Position numbers and translations under genes: made by a program
Assembly: GCF_006345805.1 (NCBI RefSeq)
Contig: NC_042997.1
Coordinates: forward strand, 81,840,001-81,904,000
From: Octopus sinensis
Lineage: Eukaryota
Direction: 5' to 3'
DNA length: 64,000 nucleotides
Notes under the pieces: generated by a model
The model's database searches: none
Told to the model about the DNA's origin: nothing
What the model saw: only the letters and a program-made list of their open reading frames with translations
Part shown: positions 39,380-50,817 of the stretch, in pieces
Numbering within the stretch: position 1 is the stretch's first letter
Layout of the letters: every line of letters begins with the position of its first letter

Positions 39380-39835
39380 GTATATATGCATGTGTATATG
39401 CATATGTGCGTGTATATGGGTGTGTATATTCCTTTTTTATATATATATATGTGTAGATATATATATGTGCGTGTGCCTGCATGTTGGCATGTATGTGTAT
39501 GTGTATCTGTATACATATATATATGTATATATAATATATATAATATATATATATATATATACATATATAAGCATAGTTTTCCTATTTACCTAAAACTCTA
39601 TTCTATTATTCTATTTATTCATTTATCTACTTTATCACTGATTCTTTTGACCACTCCCCTAAGAAGACAGTTTGTGCCCTGCCTACCCCAAAAAAGTCCC
39701 CCACCACCACCCCATCAAATCTGCCTAAATGTATAAATGCCAAAACTATTCTTGACGCCAAGCTTCCTGATGATTTCATTTGAATGAAACAGTTCTAGTC
39801 CTGTAGAAGCTCCTTCTATAAAATAAATAAATATA

Positions 39836-39909
<74 letters not shown>

Positions 39910-39911
39910 AT

Positions 39912-39993
<82 letters not shown>

Positions 39994-40073
39994 TATAAGA
40001 AAAATATCGAATTTAACCAAAATAAAATAAATAACTATTTACTAACTAACTATGTATCTATATTAATAGATAT

Positions 40074-40111
<38 letters not shown>

Positions 40112-40739
40112 ATATATATATTATATATATAAATATGAAATGATTTCTATCTTTTCTATCCCTACATAAGATACTAACATTTATTGGGATGCTTTGGAAA
40201 AACTATCTAAAGGATATTTATTTAAAATTCACAAGCGAAATTATGGCTGTTGAATGGTAAGGGACATTAGAAATCTCAAGAGCATTAGTAGTCTCTATTC
40301 TCCCTACCCCACTAGCTTCAGCCTACTAACTTTTACTAAAATACATTCAAATATGCCTAAGTTAAATTCCTCAAAATGAGGATGGATTTATGGCTTTGAC
40401 ATTCGTACTACCCCTTCTTTCTATAAATAGAAAAATTTCTTGTTTGTCTCCATTGAATTAAATTAAGAAACCCCCTCCCCATTGGTAGATCTAAATAACA
40501 AAGTGAACTCAATGATAAAAAATCTACAGATGGGGATGGTCATTCTACTACCATGTTCTTAATGATGAAATTAACCTCTCTGTTTATATATCAACCCTCT
40601 TTGTAATGTTGGCAAATGAAATAAGTATAAAAATGTACATTGTCCATTTAATTAAAATATTCCATATGTGGCTGAAGATTGCTCGACATTTTGAAACCGA
40701 TATAATACTTACAGTGTTTAATAAAATGAAGTAGCATGA

Positions 40740-41885
40740 AACGATTGTACAACACTACCTTGGAAAAGGCAAGAGAATACCAAAAGAAGCTGTACATGTG
40801 TTTCATCGATTACTCCAAAGCCTTTGACAGCATTGATCATGACAAGTTATCAAATGTCTGGAGGAAATGTGAACACTTTTACACCTTGTCCAGCTTATTA
40901 GATCCCTCTATCAAAACCAAGAGGCTACAGTACGGACACCATATGGCGACACTGATTGGTTTGAGATTGGAAAAGGTACTCGGCAAGGTTGCATCCTGTC
41001 ACCAGCAGCCTTCAACATGTGCGCTGAAAAAGTCATGAGGAATGCGGGCCTGGAGGATAGCAGCATTGGAGTGATGATTGGAGGAAGAAATATTAATAAC
41101 CTTCGCTATGCAGATGATACAACCCTGCTGGCGGAGAGTAGTAAGGATCTGGAGGATCTTGTCCTACTGGTCAAGAAATAGAGTGAGAAATTTGGGCTGT
41201 ACCTCAATGTTAAGAAAACGAAGATCATGTCAACAGCAGCCACAACAAACATCAGCATCAAGATCGATAATGAAGAGATCGACGGGGTTGATGATTTCAT
41301 CTTCCTTGGCTCCAAAATAAATCGAGATGGTGACTACACTCCAGAAATAAGACGGCGGATAGTACTAAGCAGAGAGGCAATGGTCAGCATGGGCAGGGTG
41401 GGTCTGGAAGAGTAGAGACATCAGACTCACTACCAAATGCAGATTGGTGAATGCAATTGTCTTCCCAATAGCAACATATAGATGCGAGACCTGGACACTA
41501 AAGAAAGCTGACCAGAAGAGAATTAATGCATTCGAGCTTTGGTGTTGGAGAAGACTTTTACAGATTCCATGGACAGCGATGCTCACCAATGGAGAAGTTC
41601 TTAAGCAGATCAACCGAAACTGTCGCTAGAAGCTAGGATCACCAAGCATACACTGACATATTTCGGTCATATTATGCGGGGAAAATCACTGGAGAAGGAT
41701 ATCATGCTCGGAATGGTCAGTGACAAAAGAGGAAGAGGCCGACCAAGAACCCGCTGGCTTGACACCATCAAGAGTGATACCGGAATGGACATAGCCAATC
41801 TGAAAGAAGCGGCCCAGGATAGAACTTACTGGAGGACACTGATCCAACGAGTAACCGAGAGTCGACTTCGACTGAGCGGATAGAT
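40740..41885 (+). mobile_element. 5'-truncated RTE (BovB-like) LINE, RT to 3' end
   Basis: EKAREYQKKLYMCFIDYSKAFDSIDH, RQGCILSP, NNLRYADDTT, DDFIFLGS, YRCETWT...RINAFELWCWRR and RGRGRPRTRWLD. Confidence 0.92.
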
Positions 41886-41948
41886 AGACCTAGAATATCG
41901 TTGTTACTTATTTTGAGTATATATATATAGATAGATATACATATACAT

Positions 41949-41981
<33 letters not shown>

Positions 41982-41987
41982 TTATAT

Positions 41988-42034
<47 letters not shown>

Positions 42035-42366
42035 AATATATATATATAATATATATATATATTACTGTCCTGTTTTCACTGTCCTGTTTTTGTTACCGGT
42101 TTTGATCATCCGCAAACTCCCAAATTTTATTCAATTGCTTCGCGGGAGCAACTGCTTTGTCGAAAACGTATCTTGTCATGAATTGCTCGAAATATGAAGT
42201 AGAAAAACAGCCGACAACTGATGAAGGGTCGTATTTTAATGTTACTTACTGTATGGTTAACATTACTGTATGGTTAACACCATATAGTTTTTCTGGTGCA
42301 TCTAAGTTAAGTACCACATTCAAGTAATTTCATTGGAATTTACTTGAATCTTAATTGCTTTAATTG

Positions 42367-42435
<69 letters not shown>

Positions 42436-42535
42436 ATATGTATATATATATATGTGTTTTTGTGTATATATATGAATGTGTATGTATATGTATATATATA
42501 TATAAAAGTAAAATATATATAAACATATAAATATA

Positions 42536-42584
<49 letters not shown>

Positions 42585-42765
42585 ATAAATTTTAGGGAAT
42601 GAATCCAAAATTACAGGGAAAAATCAGATTTAGGGTTAAATCCAATTTTATAGTAAAATTATATTAAAATTTTATGTATTAAGTCTTTCCTTGTTTGGTT
42701 TTAAAATAGTGGTTTTGTCTCGAATTATATGATATATATATATATTATATATATATATATATTAT

Positions 42766-42798
<33 letters not shown>

Positions 42799-42816
42799 TA
42801 CATCTATATACATATG

Positions 42817-42848
<32 letters not shown>

Positions 42849-42939
42849 GCATGAATACATATACATGTAAATGTATATATACATCTATATATATATACAC
42901 ATGTATATATATACATGTATATATCTATATATACACACA

Positions 42940-42995
<56 letters not shown>

Positions 42996-43123
42996 GAGAG
43001 AGAGAGAGATATAAAACTTACTTGGAAATGGATGCGGAGCGTTCAATCATATAGTAATATAATAAATAATATATAAATATATATGCATATACATATATGT
43101 ACATACTTACATATATATGTATA

Positions 43124-43968
43124 CTAGCAGAATTGCCCGGCGTTGCTCGGGGCTGAATTGCTTGAAAGTACTGTTAATGATTGCACTGAATTATGATGAT
43201 TATTCAGGCAAATATTGATATAAGTTTACGGTGGGAGATAAGGACTTAACGATCAAACGTGTGCCATTGCATTGTTTTGGGGGAACCAAATTTCTGATGA
43301 GCATTATAGGGGCACCACTTTAAGTTTGAGAAAGTGTGGTGGTAGTCCGGTTGCTCAAAGGAATTGAGTACCTCTATTGGATAGTTGATGACGTCCTCTG
43401 GGTCAGGAGTTGTATCGATAGACTGATATACATAGACTTCCCCAGGAACGAGTTTAGCATTTCATCATTAATATGGTGAACAGTTTTATTCCTCGGGGCC
43501 AGTATAGCCTTTTTGCCAATCCAATCCATATTCTGATAATTAGCTTGTAGATCTGGGAACACTGCATCTCTAAGATCAGAAGGCGTCTTAACAATGGTAC
43601 AAATGGAATCGATGGCAATATTACCATTTTCATCCCCTGGTATTTTGCCTTCGCCAAGTGCAAGGAGGGTGTGAGGAAATGCTGCTGATGTGATATTACG
43701 TCGCATATGAGCACGCATATTGGTGTGAAGTTTGAGAGTTACTTCCCTTTATTAAAAAAAATATGCATTAAAATGGAAAAAAATGATGGTAAATTATTTG
43801 TAAAATCATAGACTCATCGTAGACGCGCGCTAATACCCAGAAGGGCTCGATATGAAACACGACTATAAGATACCCAGTTTTTGGTTAAACTGCATTGCAA
43901 AATGTGGGAGTAGTTAGGAATCTAAATCGGAGTAGACAGACACACAACCTTTCTTTTATATATAAATA
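43124..43968 (-). mobile_element. Internally deleted Helitron retaining a PIF1 helicase fragment
   Basis: 3' hairpin (rc of gcccggcgttgctcgggg) + CTAG|T at 43124. Translation gives LLALGEG...VFPDL...KAILAPRN..V..IN and YPIEVLNS...APIMLIRNL.PPKQCNGTRL. Confidence 0.88.
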
Positions 43969-43970
43969 TT

Positions 43971-44810
43971 TTCGTCCTAAAAAACTTTGTATGGATTGAA
44001 TGGTTACCTCTATGGAAATATATACGCGCACATTATACATACATGTGTGTATAGATGAATATATAAATACATTTAAATATCTATATACACTTTTGGGCGA
44101 TCTTTCTTTTTCTTAGAGATAACTTTAGATCTTATATTCGTCCTAAAAAACTTTGTATGGAGTGAAAGGTTACCTCTATGGAAATATATACACACACATT
44201 ATACATACATCTGTGTATAGATGAATATATAATACATTTAAATATCTATATACACTTTTGGGCGATCTTTCTTTTTCTTAGAGATAACATTAGATCTTAT
44301 ATTCGTCCTAAAAAACTTTGTATGGAGTGAAAGGTTACCTCTATGGAAATATATACACACACATTATAAATACATCTGTGTATAGATGAATATATAAATA
44401 CATTTAAATATCTATATACAGTTTTGGGCGATCTTTCTTTTTCTTAGAGATAACATTAGATCTTATTTTCGTCCTAAAAAACTTTGTATGGAGTGAATGG
44501 TTACCTCTATGGAAATATATACACACACGTTATACATACATGTGTGCATAGATGAATATATAAATACATTTAAATATCTATATACACTTTTGGGTGATCT
44601 TTCTGCTACTTGTATATACTTTAGATCTTATATTCGTCCTAAAAAACTTTGTATGGAGTGAAAGGTTACCGCTATGGAAATATATACACACACATTATAC
44701 ATACATCTGTGTATAGATGAATATATAAATACATTTAAATATCTATATACACTTTTGGGCGATCTTTCTGCTACTTGAATATAGGTCTTATATTCGTCGT
44801 AAAAAACTTT
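43971..44810. repeat. Tandem array of ~165-bp units (5 full + partial)
   Basis: ttcgtcctaaaaaactttg starts at 43971, 44137, 44302, 44468 and 44633; a variant starts at 44793. Confidence 0.95.
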
Positions 44811-45399
44811 CCTGTCACACACTCACGCACACACACACACACGCATCCTCACACACACACACGCGCACACACACATACACACACACTCACACACACGCAC
44901 ACACACACACGTTAGCTTACAATTTTATTTATATATTTGCGTGTCTATGTGTGTAAAGTGGAAGTGGGAATGTAGAGTGAAATAGTCACTCACTACAGAA
45001 AGTGAATTAGTTTCACTTTATTCGTTGCACACTGTGTGTGTGCGTGTGCGTGTGGTGTAAACCACATTAAGAAAAGCATTTGACATACACACCAGAATGT
45101 GAGTTTTCTGGAAAATTTTGCTTAATTGGAGTTTAAATTTTAAAAACTGGACCTGGCATGACCCGATGCATTCTACACTTAAAAATGCTAGGTAAATTGT
45201 AATTGAAGAAATCCTATATTGTAGATTTCTATAACTGACAAAGGGAGGCAGATAAAATCTGCCTTTTATAATAAGAGATATACATGCATATATGGGCACA
45301 GGACACCACAGAACGTAAACAACATGAAATACGAAATATGAAAATATGGAATACGAATATATATCGTCAAACATATATATATCGTTAGCTACCACACAC

Positions 45400-45567
45400 A
45401 TTGTTTTCTCTCCTTGATTCTCTCCTTGTTTTTTTGTGTCCCTTTCTGTAGAAGAGCGTAGGCTCGAAACGTAAAAGACTTTTTCTATTCCTGAGCGTTA
45501 TACTAATACATCTGTTTGTTTTGTACACCACCTGTCTTCGTCTTTTGTTTTTTTCGTAAACTCTCCC

Positions 45568-45570
<3 letters not shown>
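45400..45570 (+). mobile_element. Penelope-type pLTR-like fragment with a hammerhead-like motif
   Basis: cttt-CTGTAGAA-gag cgtagg ctc-GAAAC-GTA-aaag; collinear with 36420-36597. Confidence 0.6.
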
Positions 45571-45599
<29 letters not shown>

Positions 45600-45605
45600 A
45601 TATAT

Positions 45606-45640
<35 letters not shown>

Positions 45641-45642
<2 letters not shown>

Positions 45643-45888
45643 CACAATCAAGGAACGGCCATAATAGGCCATTCACCCACTAGAAATAACAGCCAAAAGC
45701 TTCAACCGCAAAATAACATCAATTCCGTAAACCAGGAGAAAATTAAAAAACATTTACCCTGTAATTTCTTATACGATGCACCGTTTCATCTACTGTTTAA
45801 TGGTAAACTAACCTGATTAAATTAAATCAAGCCAATCTACCCAATCTAGTGGGTGAATGGCCTATTATGGCCGTTCCTTGATTGTGAT
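45641..45888. repeat. 248-bp element with perfect 44-bp inverted termini
   Basis: 45641-45684 is the exact reverse complement of 45845-45888. Confidence 0.9.
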
Positions 45889-46006
45889 GTTGAACTTAGA
45901 AATGGTCTATGACTATTTAATTTTTTCCCACTAGGCCGCTGGTGGCAAAAAAATTCTACAAAATTTTTTGCCACCCTATATTGATTAATATATATATATA
46001 TATATA

Positions 46007-46235
46007 GTGACGCATATTTGCCATTTCAATATGGCTACCCCTAAGGGTGGATGCTACTGTAGTTTTTAGTCCCAGGAGTACACACTCCTCCAGCTGACCA
46101 TAGACACACTTTCTGTGCCCTGTCAGTATTTGCAAAGGGAAGTCATCCTTCCCGTCTTCAACTTATGATACACACGGACTCGAGTTTTGAGGTATTGACC
46201 TCTCGTCAGCGTGTGACAATCACAGTTGTCGACGA
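46007..46235 (-). mobile_element. 3' part of the retrozyme-like element (target duplication, hammerhead, repeat X)
   Basis: 46007-46125 is a ~97% direct repeat of 50961-51079; bounded by (TA)n. Confidence 0.85.
46171..46215 (-). ncRNA. Minimal type I hammerhead ribozyme with a G12>A lesion
   Basis: Minus strand: cacacg CUGACGA gaggu-caau-accuc AAAAC ucga GUC cgugug. Perfect 6-bp stem I, 5-bp stem II, palindromic stem III (ACUCGAGU). GAAA reads AAAA, consistent with CpG decay. Confidence 0.8.
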
Positions 46236-49200
46236 ATTTCTTTATTACGATCATAAAATCATTACATAGAAGGACAATACAGGACATACATACAAAAAAA
46301 CAGTTAAGTGGTTCGATTAAAAATTTTCCATAACATTTGGATTATTCATTATACAAAATTTGTATTTAAATTGTCCTTTGCATGACCAATAGAACATTAC
46401 AACATTACATTAACTTGCGATCTTACCGATATTTTAAACCCCGGCAACCTATAAGGCCCCGCAGCTTTTCTTTCCTCTCCTCCATCCATAGTTAAGCTGG
46501 GTTTCTGACACCCACCTTTTTTTGCCACTTCCTTCCATCTTTTTTCATACACACCTCGTGGTAAGATCTTCTTTTCCAGCCCCATTTTGCTCTTCAGATG
46601 ATATCTGAAGTAAGTGAGCAAGCCGGGGCCTGAGACAAAGGATCCTATTGCGACTCCTTCCATTCTTGTACGCCACATGCATTCTTTTACTACTACAACC
46701 GTGCAGTGAAAACATGCCTCACCTTCCTTCGAGAGTCCAGTTGGCGGTATCATCTTAATCATAGACTCAGCCGACAGCTGTACTCGTCCCAGATGCGATA
46801 ACACGTGTTCTGCGTAACTTATCAAGTCTGACAACTTCCGACAGTGTACAAAAGCGTGCTGGACGGTTTCATCGTCCAACCCGCATCTTGGACACGTCGG
46901 TGGCACTGAAATTCCGTGCCGCGATAACTTCTCGCGAACAGGTAAAGCATTCCTATAACACTGCCAGGTCAGGGATCTTTGGAAATTATCCAAATACTCC
47001 GTCCTGAAAGTCTTTTTAAACAGGTTGGTAAGCTGGTCTTCTCAAACCCCAGAGCCCCTCCTAGGACGTCGTCGTTCTTTGCCTCTACCAGCCTGCTATA
47101 AAATACCGCGGTGGTATTTCCGCAGCCGGCCTTGCCCGACTTGTGGATCAGCGTGAGTGCCTATCGGCACTCCTTTTGCCATAAAGTCAGATTCCGTCTT
47201 TTGATGCGACCGGGTTTAAAATTCACTAAGGAAGCCGGTCTCGGGAAAAATTCCCCTGCCAGCGGACTCCACACCTTATCACCCTCCAGGTGGTGCCAGA
47301 GATGCTTCAGCCTCAACGCATGTCTGCGCATCATCAACCAAGGCATTCCTAACCCACCCTTTAACGGTTCCTGGCAGCAAACGGAGCGCCTCACAAGTGG
47401 CTTTCCTCCCTTCCACAAAAAGCGGAAAAGGATTCGCTCCAACTTGCTAAGCCATGAATCGGGGCAAGGGACAACGGTCAGGCGGTAAGTGATTACAGAT
47501 GCAATGAACATCTGTACCACCTCCGCCCTTCCTTTCAAGAACAGAAACCTTCCGGACCAGGTCCGTACTATGCCTCCACCTTGCTCGTCACCTCACTCCA
47601 ATTCCTCTCCGTTTGGGAGTCTGACCCAAACCAAAGTCCTAGCAACTTAACAGGACCATCCGTCCAGTGTCCCACGACACTGGACGATATCGACTTGCTC
47701 CTTCAGGTGCCGAGGCGCAAGCCAACCGACTTGTCCTTGTTAACCCTTGCTCCTGCCACCGCCTCGTATCCTCTGATAGCCTCTTCTACACAAGGTAGCT
47801 GGGCCTCATTGGACACGATGAAGGTGACGTCATCCGCATAAGCAGTAACCGTCCTCCCACCTCCGATCTCATCCGGGTTACTTCCCAGCCTCTCCAACTT
47901 TCGCAGCAATGGCTCGAGAGCCAACACGTACAAAAGTGGTGACAAGGGGCACCCTTGACGAACTGAACATTCGATCGAAAACGGTTCCGTTAGGTAACCG
48001 TTTATCTGGACGGTGGACTTGATGCCGCTATACATAGCGGAGATCCACCCGCGAAATTCAGGGCCCAGTCCAGCCGCTTCGAGGACCGTCGCCAGGTACT
48101 TATGGTCTACCCTATCAAACGCTTTACTTTGGTCTAAATGGACCATTATCCCGCCCTTGCCGGTTAATTTACCCACCCTATCTAAGGTGTAGCGTATAAG
48201 GTGAAGATTGTCCTGGATCGACCTGCCTGGAATTGCACATGTCTGTGCTTTCCCTACAAGTTTCTCCACGACAATCGTCAACCTTTTTGCTAACACTTTG
48301 GCCAAAATCTTTAACTCTACATTAAGTAGAGTTATGGGCCTGTAATTACTAATGTTATCCCCCTTGCTCGGGTCTTTCTGGATTAGCGTCACCACTCCCC
48401 GGCTTACAGAACTGGGAATTCTCCCATTCTGCTGCCAGTTCGTGTAGACGCCTGCCAATATTCCCCCGAACAAGTCCGGCATACTTTGGTAAAACTCGTA
48501 GGGCAGACCATCCAACCCCGGCGACTTCTCTCCGGCGCATCCGGCCAGTATCCCCTCTATCTCCGCGGGAGTGATCGCTTCTTCACAGCACTCCACCTCA
48601 CGCCCCGAGAGCCGCGGTCCGCCGGCTAGGAAGTCCTTTAAGGCTCTCCCTCGCTCCGGCGCCACACCACCCCCGAACGCGCGGGCGAAATGCTGGTGAA
48701 GAAACTTTTGCATCTCCTCCTGTCCATAGATCTTTTGTCCCTGTTCGTCAGTTAAAGACTTGATTGAAGCTTTGTTACCTCTCTGACTCTCCACTCGACG
48801 GGCCCATCCGGCAACGTTAATACCTTCTCGTTTCCCAGCGCGTAGCTTAGCTCTAACTCTGCAACCTTCGTGTTTGGAGTTAAGGTGACGGTACAATACC
48901 GTCCTTGCCGTCATCACTCCGGATGCAGAGCCAGCTTCCATTGCCTCGTTTAGATTCTTAACTAAATCGTCCTCTATCCTAGACCTATCTAATCTTAGCT
49001 GATTGCTAAATCTAATGGACTCTGAACGAATGGCTCTTTTGAGGGAGTGCCACCATCTATTGTTAATGATGGTGCCACACAATGCCCTCTGTACTAACAC
49101 CTTAATCCGGGTACGGAAGTCTTCACAATTCAAAATAGACTTGTTCAGCTTCCAGTACCCGGGTCCCTGTCTATGGCACTTAAATCTGCCTGCTTCCCCT

Positions 49201-50817
49201 TCTTCCTCCCTTGTGGTCGTAGCTGCAGGGCTCTTAACCGGCGTTGCCATCGGGCTCTGGGTAGGTGTGGTTGCCGGGGTTATAATAAGTTTAGCCTCCA
49301 GTATTTCCTTCGTTACATCTCTTATAAGAATATTCTTTAAATGTTCTTGTAGTGTTTTTTCCTTCCACTCGTCTTCCTTTATTTTTGCGAAGCGAGTGGT
49401 GATTTTGTGTCTGTAGACTTACTGAATAGTTTAAATTTTGAAAATTTGAAATACTTGTACACCCTATCGTTCTTCTCGTCAACTGCTATAATCTTATCAT
49501 TTTTTTTTAACAATTTTTTCAAATCTTGTTTTATGGGGAGGGGCTTGGCGAACTGTGTTCCAATGAATACAGTGCCGTGGGGGTAGGGCTGGGGAATTTG
49601 TTTTGTATGTATGTCTGCGGTGTTTGCTGATTTTTTCTTTGTTTGGGGAGGGGAGTCCAGGGTGTTATCTTTTTTTCTTTTGTGTGTCACCTGTGTATAT
49701 TCCATTTGTTCATTAAAATTTTCTGTTTCGGTTCCTTTCCTTGTCGCAGTCTTGGGTTCTTTTTCCGCCTTTTCTTTTAGGGTGCTTGAAGTACTTTGAG
49801 GAGGGGCTTCGTTGATTTTCTTTTTTTTTAAAACAGTTTGAGCGGACGTGACCCTTTTCGCCACATTTGAAGCACCTAGGTCTGCGCCCCTCCATTGACA
49901 CTCTCATTGAAGTTCCCTCCTCATTAAATACCCTATCGGGTAAGTTTTCTAGTATCTTATTTTCTGCTTGAATGAGGAGTTCTAGCGTTTGTCCTTTCCA
50001 GTGCACCTCCTCTTTCCTTCTCATCTGCAGAATTGAAACTTCCCGCTCTACGTTGTGCAGGACTGCCGCTGCTACCCACATTATATCATACCCTCTCGGT
50101 ATATCCTCTACATGTAGTTTGGCTGATCTTTTCCCCATATACGAAGGTAGCAACATGATATCCTCACTTTTCAAGGTCATTGATGACACCTCTCTTGCCA
50201 CATCAGCCGAGTCGAAATGTGCTTCAACGGTAGCGCTGCGAGCACCTCGAACAACGTGGCGAATTTTGTCCCACACCGGGGACAAGCACTTTTCTACTAT
50301 CTCGTTCTTGACATCCATAATTTTTTTTTTCTTTGCTGCTATAAACTTTGTATACAACTGTCTTTGCCTTTATTTCCTGTATCTTCGCTTGCGGCGGTAC
50401 CAGTTTAATTTCATTTCCTTCCGTTTTTACCAAGTTCCGGTATTCGAATAACTGTTCAATCTTAAATTCTACATCCGTTACGATTCCGCCCACTGCGGCC
50501 GAAAAAGACTGTTTTTTGACTTCGGTATCCTTTTGTTCACCTTTTCCCATCACGGGAAAGTCACTCTTCGACGCCAAGTCGAAATCCATTTCTCAAAATT
50601 ATGAGAACAAATGTTTCAAAAAAATTACCTCGAAGGTAATGACAATGTTTAAACACAGAATTTTCTGCCCCGTAGGGCGAAAATTACTGTTACACAACGG
50701 ACAACTGTTCAATTCACGAGTAACACAAACAACGACGAACAAAAAATACGAACTCACTCAACAAAAAGGCAGCAAAATTCTCAAAACGCAGATGAAAGAG
50801 GGGTCCCTAGACGAATA
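46236..50817 (-). mobile_element. Tx1/L1-clade LINE with both ends: ORF1, RT and C-terminal CCHC; endonuclease domain deleted; ~20-bp target duplication
   Basis: ORF1 knuckle CFKCGEKGHVRSNC; GPGYWKLN, KSPGLDGLP, NYRPITLLN, HLDQSKAFDRVDH, VRQGCPLSP, AYADD; CPRCGLDDETVQHAFVHC. AATAAA at the 3' end. Flanks acaatcacagttgtcgacga (46216-46235) and acaatcatagttgtcggcga (50818-50837). Confidence 0.92.
47703..49250 (-). CDS. Uninterrupted 515-aa reverse transcriptase ORF of the Tx1-like LINE (no APE domain)
   Basis: ORF track; all RT motifs present. The frame extends upstream into the ORF1 tail and ends at a probable TGG>TGA change (GT*RSKS). Confidence 0.8.
   Translation of the reverse strand: MATPVKSPAATTTREEEGEAGRFKCHRQGPGYWKLNKSILNCEDFRTRIKVLVQRALCGTIINNRWWHSLKRAIRSESIRFSNQLRLDRSRIEDDLVKNLNEAMEAGSASGVMTARTVLYRHLNSKHEGCRVRAKLRAGKREGINVAGWARRVESQRGNKASIKSLTDEQGQKIYGQEEMQKFLHQHFARAFGGGVAPERGRALKDFLAGGPRLSGREVECCEEAITPAEIEGILAGCAGEKSPGLDGLPYEFYQSMPDLFGGILAGVYTNWQQNGRIPSSVSRGVVTLIQKDPSKGDNISNYRPITLLNVELKILAKVLAKRLTIVVEKLVGKAQTCAIPGRSIQDNLHLIRYTLDRVGKLTGKGGIMVHLDQSKAFDRVDHKYLATVLEAAGLGPEFRGWISAMYSGIKSTVQINGYLTEPFSIECSVRQGCPLSPLLYVLALEPLLRKLERLGSNPDEIGGGRTVTAYADDVTFIVSNEAQLPCVEEAIRGYEAVAGARVNKDKSVGLRLGT

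Noticed and set aside
32087-39736. Many long ORFs ([12 protein letters not shown] repeats)
   Set aside because: Translations of TA/CA/TG microsatellites with no coding signal.
39700-39835. Possible host exon on the minus strand (FIEGASTGLELFHSNEIIRKLG...)
   Set aside because: An AG acceptor is plausible, but there is no convincing donor, no recognisable domain and no partner exons.
42200-42260. Hammerhead at ctgatgaagggtcg
   Set aside because: CUGAUGA is present, but there is no paired stem II followed by GAAA and a cleavage triplet.
43971-44810. CRISPR-like array
   Set aside because: Units repeat along their whole length with no unique spacers; eukaryotic context and no cas genes.
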